A DNA stretch of 46,892 nucleotides from NCBI GenBank assembly GCA_964624945.1, contig CAZUYL010000001.1, forward strand, positions 1 through 46,892. Direction: 5' to 3'. The notes below the pieces were generated by a model. It did no database searches, was not told the DNA's origin, and saw only the letters and a list, made by a program, of their open reading frames with translations. This DNA comes from an uncultured Ruminococcus sp. Lineage in GTDB: Bacteria; Bacillota; Clostridia; Oscillospirales; Acutalibacteraceae. Below are positions 1-7,742 of this stretch, piece after piece (within the stretch, counting starts at the first letter, position 1; the number at the start of each line of letters is the position of its first letter). Both the position numbers and the translations under genes were made by a program.

Positions 1-83
1 ATTCACATTTTCAAATCATAAATGTAATAAATTTATTTTAACATAACAACATAAACCGAAAATGTTAACGAGGAGTGTTATAT

Positions 84-1463
84 ATGGATGAATTTAACAA
101 CAATCAATCAAATGCCGACGGTGTTGATACAGGATATACCGTAACACCTAACGGAAATTTTTACAGTAAAAAGTCGGGCGATATTATTCAAGACGATATT
201 ACACCGCCTAAATATGAGGCACCGTACCAAAATACTCAAGCCGAGCAACAGCCTCAAACCCCGCCCACATACACCGCAAATTACAACAATAATTTTTATG
301 CAAAACCGCCTAAGGCCAAAAAAGAAAGAAAACCAAAACGCACACACAGTACGGCAACGGTAGTTATTTCGTGTGTTTTGGCTGCGGTTATAAGTCTTGT
401 TACCTGCGTTACTGTTATGAGTTTTACACACACTACCGAAACCAATACCGCACATGAGGTTAAACGTGTAGACAGCGGTTCTACAAACAGTGTCAACATT
501 AATGTAGACGAAAGCGTTACCTCTATCGCCGAAGCGGTGGCAAAAAAATGCACCAATAGTGTAGTTGGCATACGCACAACAACATCTGTTGCAAGTTTTT
601 TCGGTCAAACACAAAACCAAAGCGGTGAAGGTTCGGGTGTTGTTTACTCGGAAGACGGTTATATTATAACCAACTATCACGTTATAAGCGATGCGGTTAC
701 TTCTTCTAACTCTAAAATTGAAGTTTTTATGGGCAACAGCAGTTCCGATTCATATTCAGCCAATGTTGTAGGCTATAATATATCTTGCGATTTAGCCGTT
801 ATTAAAATTAACGCAAGCGGACTTACACCTGTAGAACTCGGAAACAGTGACCAACTAAACGTAGGTCAATATGTTGTAACAATAGGTGCTCCGGGCGGAC
901 TTGAATTTATGGGCAGCGTAACTTACGGTATAATAAGTGGTCTTAACCGAACCGTTTCTACCGACTCAAGCATTAAATTAATTCAAACCGATGCCGCTAT
1001 AAACCCCGGTAACTCAGGTGGTGCTTTGCTTGACTCTGAAGGCAAACTTATAGGTATTAACAGTTCAAAAATTGTGTCCGAAGAATTTGAAGGTATGGGA
1101 TTTGCAATTCCCGTTAATACCGTTAAAGAAAAATGCGATAAAATTATATCACGCAAAGGTAACGGTCAGGCATATTTGGGTGTTAGTATAAGCAGCACAT
1201 ACACAAGCGAGGTATTATCTTTTTACGGTTATCCGTCGGGTGCGGTTGTATCAAGCGTTGCAGACTCAAGCCCTGCCGCAAATGCAGGTATTGAACGCGG
1301 TGATATTATAACCGAATTTAACGGAACCGCCATAACCGAATACACAATGCTTAATGACCTTTTATACGACTGTGAAGCAAACCAAACCGTTTCGGTTAAA
1401 ATTTACCGCAACGGCAGATATTACACAATAGATATTAAACTTGCATCGGATACGGCAAACTAA
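84..1463 (+). CDS. htrA: HtrA/DegP-family trypsin-like serine protease with N-terminal membrane anchor and C-terminal PDZ domain
   Basis: ORF 75..1463. aggag at 71-75 favours the ATG at 84 over the GTG at 75. Catalytic-triad contexts NYHVISDA, CDLAVIKI and GNSGGALL. Hydrophobic helix VVISCVLAAVISLVTCVTV follows a Q/P/N-rich N-terminus. PDZ-like C-terminus. Confidence 0.85.
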   Translation: MDEFNNNQSNADGVDTGYTVTPNGNFYSKKSGDIIQDDITPPKYEAPYQNTQAEQQPQTPPTYTANYNNNFYAKPPKAKKERKPKRTHSTATVVISCVLAAVISLVTCVTVMSFTHTTETNTAHEVKRVDSGSTNSVNINVDESVTSIAEAVAKKCTNSVVGIRTTTSVASFFGQTQNQSGEGSGVVYSEDGYIITNYHVISDAVTSSNSKIEVFMGNSSSDSYSANVVGYNISCDLAVIKINASGLTPVELGNSDQLNVGQYVVTIGAPGGLEFMGSVTYGIISGLNRTVSTDSSIKLIQTDAAINPGNSGGALLDSEGKLIGINSSKIVSEEFEGMGFAIPVNTVKEKCDKIISRKGNGQAYLGVSISSTYTSEVLSFYGYPSGAVVSSVADSSPAANAGIERGDIITEFNGTAITEYTMLNDLLYDCEANQTVSVKIYRNGRYYTIDIKLASDTAN

Positions 1464-1479
1464 ACGATATTGCAAAACA

Positions 1480-1523
1480 CACCGCAGAGTCAATTTAAAA
1501 ACTCTGCGGTGCTTTATTTTTAT
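1480..1523. terminator. Intrinsic terminator between convergent htrA and greA
   Basis: Stem caccgcagagt (1480-1490) pairs with actctgcggtg (1501-1511), followed by ctttattttt. Confidence 0.7.
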
Positions 1524-1531
1524 ATAACGCA

Positions 1532-2035
1532 TCAATATTTTCTTATTTCAAGTGAATCGTCATCTGTGCCTTTTTCTATTTTTTTAATAACAATAAAATA
1601 ACTGTAATCAGCGTTAACCTTAACCTCTACCCTGTCGCCCACTTTTTTACCCATAATGGCACTACCGAGCGGTGATTCTTTACTGATTATATTTTGAAAA
1701 GGATCCCGCCTAAGCGATGTTGCTATTCTTACCGTTTCTTCGCAATCGTCTTCCTCGATAAAATAGGTGACTGTATCAAACAGACCTACACAGCCGACAT
1801 CGCTTTTTGTGTCGATAATTACGGCGGTTTTAATCATATTACGCAAATAACGTATTCGGCTTTCATTTTTACCGCGTTCACGTTTTGCGGCGTGGTATTC
1901 AAAATTTTCGGACAAATCACCGAAACTGCGTGTAAATTTTACCTCTTCAAGTATTTTAGGTCTTACCACGGTTATGCGGTAATCAAGTTCGTCTTGCATT
2001 TTTTTAATATCTACATCGGTTAATTCATCGTACAT
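1532..2035 (-). CDS. greA: Transcription elongation factor GreA
   Basis: 167 aa. N-terminal coiled-coil region with FGDLSENFEYHAAK and a C-terminal FKBP-like domain typical of GreA. Confidence 0.9.
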   Translation of the reverse strand: MYDELTDVDIKKMQDELDYRITVVRPKILEEVKFTRSFGDLSENFEYHAAKRERGKNESRIRYLRNMIKTAVIIDTKSDVGCVGLFDTVTYFIEEDDCEETVRIATSLRRDPFQNIISKESPLGSAIMGKKVGDRVEVKVNADYSYFIVIKKIEKGTDDDSLEIRKY

Positions 2036-2059
2036 AAAATCGCCGTCCTTTACGGTATA

Positions 2060-2087
2060 ATTATAACACTTAAAATAATTTTTTCAA
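2060..2087 (-). promoter_or_regulatory. Putative sigma-A promoter of greA (TTGAAA-16-TATAAT with TGT extension)
   Basis: Minus-strand TTGAAA at 2087..2082 and TATAAT at 2065..2060, preceded by tgt. Confidence 0.5.
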
Positions 2088-2103
2088 CAAAATAAATTTA
2101 TAT

Positions 2104-2147
2104 CAAAAAATCAAAAACGGTTCACCGTGTGATGCGGCAAACCGTTT
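2104..2147 (-). terminator. Intrinsic terminator after the riboswitch-controlled two-gene operon
   Basis: Arms aaaccgtt/aacggttt (2140-2147 and 2115-2122) are followed on the minus strand by ttgatttttt. Confidence 0.6.
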
Positions 2148-2156
2148 TTTTGCTAA

Positions 2157-2672
2157 TTAGCGTGCATACTTTTCAGCACTTTTTAGAATTTTAATAATAG
2201 GATAAATTGCCACAGATCCCAAAATCAAATTACTGACTCCGTGAACGGCATCAAAATAAAGCCCTGCGATTACCCAAGCAATTGTTCCTTTAAAATCAAG
2301 CCCGAATAAAATCGCTTGTGCCGGTGCGTAAAGTGTTCCAAATAAAAATCCGTGCAAAGAACAACATACCACGTACAAAACATTTTTTGCTTTTTGGGGC
2401 AATTTTTTGGGAATAATCATTACAAACAGCCAAAGAACTGTCCATATGTATAAATACGGTAACCACCAAAGTGAAAAACCGCCCAATAAACCCTGAATAA
2501 AAACGTATACGTAGACCGACAAAAGTGCATATTTGCGGTAAACTGCCGTTGCCGCAACAATAAGCACACCCACAAAATGTACGTTTGGCAGTAAATCCAT
2601 TGCAGAATCCGACACCGTCATAAGTGCACCTATAAGCGATAAAACAATTATATCCTTTAATTTAAGTTTCAT
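2157..2672 (-). CDS. Small polytopic membrane protein, ECF-transporter S-component-like (candidate cobalamin-specific, CbrT-like)
   Basis: 171 aa with 5-6 predicted TM helices. Its start overlaps the stop of the upstream DUF4430 gene (TAATG), and the pair sits under a cobalamin riboswitch. The family call comes from size, topology and context only. Confidence 0.5.
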   Translation of the reverse strand: MKLKLKDIIVLSLIGALMTVSDSAMDLLPNVHFVGVLIVAATAVYRKYALLSVYVYVFIQGLLGGFSLWWLPYLYIWTVLWLFVMIIPKKLPQKAKNVLYVVCCSLHGFLFGTLYAPAQAILFGLDFKGTIAWVIAGLYFDAVHGVSNLILGSVAIYPIIKILKSAEKYAR

Positions 2673-3139
2673 TATTCCGCTTTAAATGTATATGTGCTGC
2701 CTGCTTGTATATCGGTTAAATCTACACCGCTTAAAGCGTATTCGCCGTCAACATAAAAAGCCCAATATTTACCGTCGGTATCAAAATCAAGTGTAGTGCC
2801 GTTTACGGTTTTAACATAAAGACCGTAAGGACCTTCTTCACCGGCGATAAGACCCGCATCTAAAAGTGCTTCGCCAACGGTGATTTTGTCGGTTTTAACC
2901 GCAAATTTGGTTTCATTGCCGTTAGTGTCAACAACGGTAAAATCAAATACGGTTGCACCTTCACCTACGGTTTTAACTTCGGTGTTTGGTGTTTCCAAAA
3001 CAGGTGCCGAAGACGAAGATACGGGATCGGATGTGTTTGTGTCTTTATTGCCGCAACCGACTGCAGTAAGTGCCATAGCCGCAATAAGCACAATAGAAAT
3101 CGCTAACGACAACAATTTTTTAAGTTGTGTGTTTTTCAT
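2672..3139 (-). CDS. Secreted lipoprotein with C-terminal DUF4430-type (transcobalamin beta-domain-like) module, putative B12-binding protein
   Basis: Signal peptide plus lipobox LTAVGC. C-terminal VGEALLDAGL...GKYWAFYVDGEY pattern typical of DUF4430. The ORF track starts at 3172, but the ATG at 3139 (MKNTQLKK) or 3148 lies behind aggag. Confidence 0.65.
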   Translation of the reverse strand: MKNTQLKKLLSLAISIVLIAAMALTAVGCGNKDTNTSDPVSSSSAPVLETPNTEVKTVGEGATVFDFTVVDTNGNETKFAVKTDKITVGEALLDAGLIAGEEGPYGLYVKTVNGTTLDFDTDGKYWAFYVDGEYALSGVDLTDIQAGSTYTFKAE

Positions 3140-3224
3140 AATTTGCATTTCTCCTAAAAAATATTTGTTCAATTCTTATAAGTCGGCACTCGCAACAATT
3201 AAAGAATTTATGTCCAAAAAATAT

Positions 3225-3385
3225 TTCGACTGCGGTGTCATAAGATTAATTCACCTTCTCAAAGAAAAAATCTTCAATGGCGTGTCCCTGCTTTGCGGCG
3301 GCAGGTAGAAATAATCCGTTGAAAATACACCTCACGGCGACGGGCTCGTACGGGAATTTCACCCGTTTCCTTTTTGAACAAACAA
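3225..3385 (-). promoter_or_regulatory. Cobalamin (B12) riboswitch
   Basis: Minus-strand RNA reads ggaaacGGGTGAAATTCCCgtacgaGCCCGTCGCCGTGAgg (3370..3330). A B12-box-like ...tttctACCTGCCg follows near 3306..3300. It lies directly upstream of the DUF4430 gene. The expression platform was not resolved. Confidence 0.7.
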
Positions 3386-3386
3386 C

Positions 3387-3415
3387 ATTTTACCGCATAT
3401 TAATAAAAAATTCAA
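3387..3415 (-). promoter_or_regulatory. Putative promoter of the riboswitch operon (TTGAAT-17-TAAAAT)
   Basis: Minus-strand TTGAAT at 3415..3410 and TAAAAT at 3392..3387. Confidence 0.5.
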
Positions 3416-3484
3416 CAGTTTTATGGTTTACTTTTAATATTTACTGTGCTAAAATTTAACAAGACATTTTCAAAAAGGTGTATT

Positions 3485-3850
3485 ATGAAAAAGTATAAAG
3501 AAAAAATCAAACATATTTTTAAAACGGTTATTGAATTCTGCCTTAACCCACGTTTGCTTTTATGCTTGGGCATTGCTTGGTTTATAACAAACGGTTGGGC
3601 TTATATAGCGGCGGCTCTTTCATTATGGCTTAAAATAGATTGGCTTACGGCAGTTTCGGGGGCGTACCTTGCTGCACTTTGGATTCCGTTTACGCCCGAA
3701 AAAATCATTACAGTGATTATAGCAATATTTTTGCTTAAACTGTTTTTTCCGAATGATAAAAAGACTCTTGAAAAACTGCATAATATGAAAGAGAAAATTA
3801 AAACCACAGGCAGAAAAATAAAAGAAAATCACAACAATAAAAAACATTAA
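3485..3850 (+). CDS. Hypothetical small membrane protein with lysine-rich termini
   Basis: The ORF track starts at GTG 3446, but ATG 3485 follows aaaggtg. Three hydrophobic helices. No family recognised. Confidence 0.55.
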   Translation: MKKYKEKIKHIFKTVIEFCLNPRLLLCLGIAWFITNGWAYIAAALSLWLKIDWLTAVSGAYLAALWIPFTPEKIITVIIAIFLLKLFFPNDKKTLEKLHNMKEKIKTTGRKIKENHNNKKH

Positions 3851-3884
3851 ACAATCCCCCGAATTAATCGGGGGATTGTTTTTA
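3851..3884. terminator. Bidirectional intrinsic terminator (convergent membrane-protein gene and hsp20)
   Basis: Perfect 11-bp stem acaatcccccg/cgggggattgt with a 7-nt loop, followed by tttt. Confidence 0.8.
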
Positions 3885-3898
3885 AACTGAATTTCACG

Positions 3899-4354
3899 TC
3901 ATTCGATTTCAAGTTGACGTGAGGTGTCGATTTGCTGTGATTTTTTAGGCATTGTAAGTTTTAATACACCGTTTTCGTACTTGGCGGTTATTTCATCTGA
4001 ATTAACGCCCGAAACATCAAACTGTCGGCTGTACGAACCGTAAGAACGTTCGCAACGAACACATTTGTCTTTTTTATCTTTTTCTTCACGCTCAAAATGG
4101 CGTTCCGCCTTTATTGTAAGAATATCGCCGTTTATATCGAGTTGAATGTCTTTTTTCTCAAAACCGGGTAAGTCGGCTTCAAGCAGGTAACTATCACCGT
4201 TGTCGGTAATATCGGTTTTAAATTCGGCTAAGCAATCGTTTTCAAATGTGAAAAACGGATTAGTGAAAAATCTTTTTTCAAACTCGTCAATTTCGTGAAA
4301 CGGATTATAATTGGCAATATGGTTTCTGTGATTATAAGGTCTAATTTCAAACAT
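3899..4354 (-). CDS. Hsp20/alpha-crystallin family small heat-shock protein
   Basis: 151 aa. Alpha-crystallin domain DITDNGDSYLLEADLPGFEKKDIQLDINGDILTIKAER...GVLKLTMPK. Confidence 0.9.
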   Translation of the reverse strand: MFEIRPYNHRNHIANYNPFHEIDEFEKRFFTNPFFTFENDCLAEFKTDITDNGDSYLLEADLPGFEKKDIQLDINGDILTIKAERHFEREEKDKKDKCVRCERSYGSYSRQFDVSGVNSDEITAKYENGVLKLTMPKKSQQIDTSRQLEIE

Positions 4355-4576
4355 AATAAAATCCTCCGAAAAAATTATTTTCGACTCAAATCATTACCGT
4401 ATTCCGACTGAATCGTAAATCGGAACGGTTTTTACTGCTTTTTAAACAACCCAACGGAATCATCCCTTTCGTTATATCTTTCTGTCTTTTTACTGTCTCT
4501 CTTTCCTTTCGACAATTATATTATATTAGTACTTATCGCATATTTTGTTATTTATTTATTAAGATTTTGTGAATTA

Positions 4577-4603
4577 TTAGCACTCTATCGTTTTAAGTGC
4601 TAA
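4577..4603 (-). promoter_or_regulatory. CIRCE element (HrcA operator), one mismatch to consensus
   Basis: TTAGCACTC-tatcgtttt-AAGTGCTAA compared with the consensus TTAGCACTC-N9-GAGTGCTAA. It lies 223 nt upstream of the hsp20 start. Confidence 0.75.
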
Positions 4604-4610
4604 TAATCTG

Positions 4611-4648
4611 TAAAAAATAAATGAGCCCGATTCACACCTGACTCATTT
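4611..4648 (-). terminator. Intrinsic terminator after the oadB/oadG-like operon
   Basis: Minus-strand aaatgag...ctcattt stem (4648..4642 and 4625..4619) followed by atttttta. Confidence 0.6.
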
Positions 4649-4659
4649 ATAATCAATAT

Positions 4660-4794
4660 TTACTTTTTAAAAACTTTGGTAAATAGGTAAACTATAAGGG
4701 CAATAACCGCCATTACCAAAAATATACCTGCCATACCCTGCCACATAATTTTAAATGTGGGAGCCAAATTTTGCATTATTTGATTTAAAGTCAT
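4660..4794 (-). CDS. OadG-like small membrane subunit of a Na+-translocating decarboxylase (44 aa, absent from the ORF track)
   Basis: Hand translation: MTLNQIMQNLAPTFKIMWQGMAGIFLVMAVIALIVYLFTKVFKK. GGAGG at 4807..4803 lies 8 nt before the ATG at 4794. A single TM helix with the GMxxxF-hydrophobic-K pattern of OadG-family proteins. It sits immediately downstream of the beta subunit. Confidence 0.6.
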   Translation of the reverse strand: MTLNQIMQNLAPTFKIMWQGMAGIFLVMAVIALIVYLFTKVFKK

Positions 4795-4809
4795 ATTACA
4801 AACCTCCGA

Positions 4810-5946
4810 TTACAAGAGTTTAGGTACAAGGTTGAGTATCATACCGCCTGCCAAAACAGATGCGATTTGACCCGACACATTAGCACCTACAGCGTGCATA
4901 AGCAAGTGATTTTGATTGTCGGCTTCGAGTCCCATTTTTTGAATAACACGTGCCGACATAGGAAATGCAGAGATGCCTGCCGCACCAACCATTGGGTTGA
5001 CCTTCTTTTTGCAGAACAAATTTAAAACCTTTGCAAAGAAAACGCCTGCAATAGAATCGAACACAAATGCAACCAAGCCCAAAAGCATTATAATCAATGT
5101 TTCAACACGTACAAATTCTTCGGCACGCATACTAAACGAAATTGTTATGCCAAGCAAAAGGGTTACTAAATTTGCAAGTACATTTTGTGCCGAATCAGAA
5201 AGTGAATCAAGCACACCACATTCACGCAACAAATTGCCGAACATTAAGAAACCTACCAAAGATACCGATGTAGGTGCAATAAAGCCTGCTACAACCGTAA
5301 CAATTATCGGGAAAAGTATTCTTAAAAGTTTTGATACTTGACCTGGGTTATATTCCATACGGATTTGACGTTCTTTTTTGGTGGTAACCATTTTAATTGC
5401 CGCAGGTTGAATAATAGGAACCAAAGCCATATATGAATATGCCGCTACGGCGATAGCTCCAATATAATTTGATTTTAACACCTGTGAAACAAGTATAGAT
5501 GTGGGGCCGTCCGCCGCACCGATAATACCTATAGAAGCAGCATCTCTAAGTTCAAAACCGAAAAGACGTGCCACAACAATTACAAAAAATATACCGAACT
5601 GTGCCGCCGCACCAAACAAAAACATTTTTGGGTTTGAAAGCAACGGTCCGAAATCTATCATAGCACCGATACCTATAAACAACAGCAGCGGCATTGCCTC
5701 GGATGCTTCTATACCAATATTAAACATCCACTCAATAATGCCCTGTGTTTCGCCTATGCCCTCTATTTCTTGATTAAGCACGCCCGAAAACGGCAAATTA
5801 ACAAGTATGGCACCAAAGCCCATGGGCAAAAGCAATGAAGGTTCATACTTTTTGGCTATTGCAAGATAAATAAGAACCCCACCTATGACAAACATTAAAA
5901 GTTGTTGCCACGTAATTGCTTTGAAACTTTGTAGTAAAAATTCCAT
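4810..5946 (-). CDS. Sodium ion-translocating decarboxylase beta subunit (OadB/GcdB/MmdB family)
   Basis: 378 aa polytopic membrane protein. The N-terminus ...LMFVIGGVLIYLAIAKKYEPSLLLPMGFGAILVNLP and the overall layout are typical of the family. Confidence 0.9.
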   Translation of the reverse strand: MEFLLQSFKAITWQQLLMFVIGGVLIYLAIAKKYEPSLLLPMGFGAILVNLPFSGVLNQEIEGIGETQGIIEWMFNIGIEASEAMPLLLFIGIGAMIDFGPLLSNPKMFLFGAAAQFGIFFVIVVARLFGFELRDAASIGIIGAADGPTSILVSQVLKSNYIGAIAVAAYSYMALVPIIQPAAIKMVTTKKERQIRMEYNPGQVSKLLRILFPIIVTVVAGFIAPTSVSLVGFLMFGNLLRECGVLDSLSDSAQNVLANLVTLLLGITISFSMRAEEFVRVETLIIMLLGLVAFVFDSIAGVFFAKVLNLFCKKKVNPMVGAAGISAFPMSARVIQKMGLEADNQNHLLMHAVGANVSGQIASVLAGGMILNLVPKLL

Positions 5947-5983
5947 AAAAACACCTCATAATTTTATTTTGCAGTAAAATTTA

Positions 5984-6036
5984 CAATAAAAAACAAGACC
6001 TTTACTGCACAAAAACAATGCAGTAAAAGTCTTGTT
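5984..6036 (-). terminator. Strong intrinsic terminator inside the oadB leader (possible attenuator)
   Basis: An 18-bp stem: minus-strand aacaagacttttactgca pairs with tgcagtaaaggtcttgtt (one G-U pair). The loop is about 9 nt (ttgtttttg) and the stem is followed by ttttttatt. Only 37 nt separate it from the oadB ATG. Confidence 0.75.
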
Positions 6037-6125
6037 ACAAAACTGAAAGTTTTGGGTAAAATCCGGAATTTCTTCGTGATGACGAATTTTACCGCGGCAA
6101 ACGGGTGCCGCAAACTACTCCCTCT
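6037..6125 (-). promoter_or_regulatory. Structured 5' leader of unknown class (three hairpins) upstream of the terminator
   Basis: Hairpins gcggca/tgccgc (6094-6111), ttcgt/acgaa extended by ggaa/ttacc (6065-6093), and aaaact/agtttt (6039-6053). A TTGACA at 6165..6160 has candidate -10 hexamers at non-optimal spacing (15 or 24 nt). Confidence 0.4.
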
Positions 6126-6172
6126 TACTATTATACATTTTATATACTGACTTTAAAAATGTCAAGTAAATT

Positions 6173-7732
6173 TTATTCTTGCTCTGAACCGTTTGCGGTT
6201 TCAATGGTTTCAACCGAATTTTCGCTGTCTATATTATTATCGTCAAGGGTTACAAAATTATTATCTAAAGTGTTCAAATCAAAAGCGTTATCTATCGCCA
6301 TTATGCCGTCACTTTCATCAAAACGCCTGTTTTTAGCCGATACAATTTTTACAATAATAATTACAATAAGTGCTATAACGGTTGCTATTGCAAGGGCAAT
6401 TACCGCAAACAATATTATGCCGTATAAACTTAAATTTTTAAATTTTTGCCAAAAAGTCTGTTTTTGAACAGGTTCGGGCTCTTTGTTCATAAGTTCTAAC
6501 GCAGAGTCAAAATCAGCGGCACGTTGCATTGTACCCTCAAGGGCATCAAGTCGGTAATAGGCGGTAGTGCCTGCGGTATAGCAATTAAGTATATAAAAAT
6601 CCGAAAGATTTTCATCGGTATATGTTATTGCTTTAACCGTAAAACCGTCTACGGCACGTTCCGAAAATTTGTAGCCTTCGGGCAATGTTGCCAATTCACC
6701 GAGTTCTTCAACTATATAAAACTTATCAGCGGTGGAAATATATACCAAACGGGTAAAATTATCCTCTTCATCACGAACGTACCAAGCACCTACGCCATCG
6801 GCACTAAGCAACCAACATAATTGATATTTGCCGCCATCATCATTTAAAACGGTTATTTCGGACTCTTTACGGGTTGCGGTACCCTGTGTAAATCCGTTTG
6901 GAATAGTAACGCCTGCAAGGTCGTTTGATATTGTGTAATCGTCGCCGTCTATTATAACAAGAAGTGGATTAGCATCGCGTGCGGCTTGTTCTGCATCGGC
7001 GGTTTCTTGCTCTGACATACGTTTAATATTTACCGTGTACGATTTTTTTGTTCCGTCAGCGGCGGTAACGGTCAAAACACGCTGATTATCACCAACCTCT
7101 AATCCGAATGTGCCGCCGCCTGTATAGGTTGCTCCACCATCGGCAACAGAACCGCTGATTGTGATTGTATCAACATCATATTTTACAGTTACGCTGTAAT
7201 TTGTAGTTTTTGCATTAAAAGCGGGCGACAATGTGCCGTTGCTTATTTTTATTGATGCTAAATTAGCATTTGAAGACGGTTTAGGTGTTGTAACCGTAAT
7301 TTCGGCACTTGCCTGAGAAGTGCTTTTAGATAAATTTTTATCAACAGCACTAACATTGGCAATTATGCTTGAATTACCTGCGGCAGCCGCGGTAAAGGTT
7401 AATTTATATGAACCGCTTGTAACATCTTTATCGGCGGTTGAAAAATTATCGTCAACAATTTTTATGGTGCCATTACTGTTGGTGTAGTCGCTTGAAGATA
7501 CGTTTGAAATACTTTTAAGTGTAAGAACACTTGAGTTATATGTAACGGTAGTTTGTGCCGCTGTTATGGGGGTATCGTTGCCTATTTTTACCGTAACGGT
7601 AACCGTTTGACCTACGTTGTAACTGCCGCCGCTTACCGTAACGGTTGCCGCCGACACATTAAAGGTAAACAGACTTACAATTAAAGTTAACGTAAGCAGA
7701 TTAATAACTAAAAATTTTGCAATTTTTTTCAT
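6173..7732 (-). CDS. Membrane-anchored surface protein: signal peptide, cohesin-like domain, cadherin-like beta-sandwich domain, unknown domain, C-terminal TM helix and acidic tail
   Basis: Signal peptide MKKIAKFLVINLLTLTLIVSLFTFNVSA. Cohesin-like VTVSGGSYNVGQTVTVTVKI...TVTYNSSVLTLKSI. The segment NANLASIKISNGTLSPAFNAKTTNYSVTV...YTVNIKR is typical of the cadherin-like beta sandwich. TM helix LYGIILFAVIALAIATVIALIVIIIV. Confidence 0.7.
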   Translation of the reverse strand: MKKIAKFLVINLLTLTLIVSLFTFNVSAATVTVSGGSYNVGQTVTVTVKIGNDTPITAAQTTVTYNSSVLTLKSISNVSSSDYTNSNGTIKIVDDNFSTADKDVTSGSYKLTFTAAAAGNSSIIANVSAVDKNLSKSTSQASAEITVTTPKPSSNANLASIKISNGTLSPAFNAKTTNYSVTVKYDVDTITISGSVADGGATYTGGGTFGLEVGDNQRVLTVTAADGTKKSYTVNIKRMSEQETADAEQAARDANPLLVIIDGDDYTISNDLAGVTIPNGFTQGTATRKESEITVLNDDGGKYQLCWLLSADGVGAWYVRDEEDNFTRLVYISTADKFYIVEELGELATLPEGYKFSERAVDGFTVKAITYTDENLSDFYILNCYTAGTTAYYRLDALEGTMQRAADFDSALELMNKEPEPVQKQTFWQKFKNLSLYGIILFAVIALAIATVIALIVIIIVKIVSAKNRRFDESDGIMAIDNAFDLNTLDNNFVTLDDNNIDSENSVETIETANGSEQE

Positions 7733-7742
7733 ATAAAATCAC

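Noticed and set aside
3277-3459. 60-aa plus-strand ORF between the lipoprotein gene and the membrane-protein gene.
   Set aside because: It lies antisense to the cobalamin riboswitch core and has no ribosome-binding site.
6105-6467. 120-aa plus-strand ORF spanning the oadB leader and the 3' end of the surface-protein gene.
   Set aside because: It is antisense to a well-supported CDS and to the leader, has low-complexity hydrophobic or Ser-rich content, and has no SD sequence.
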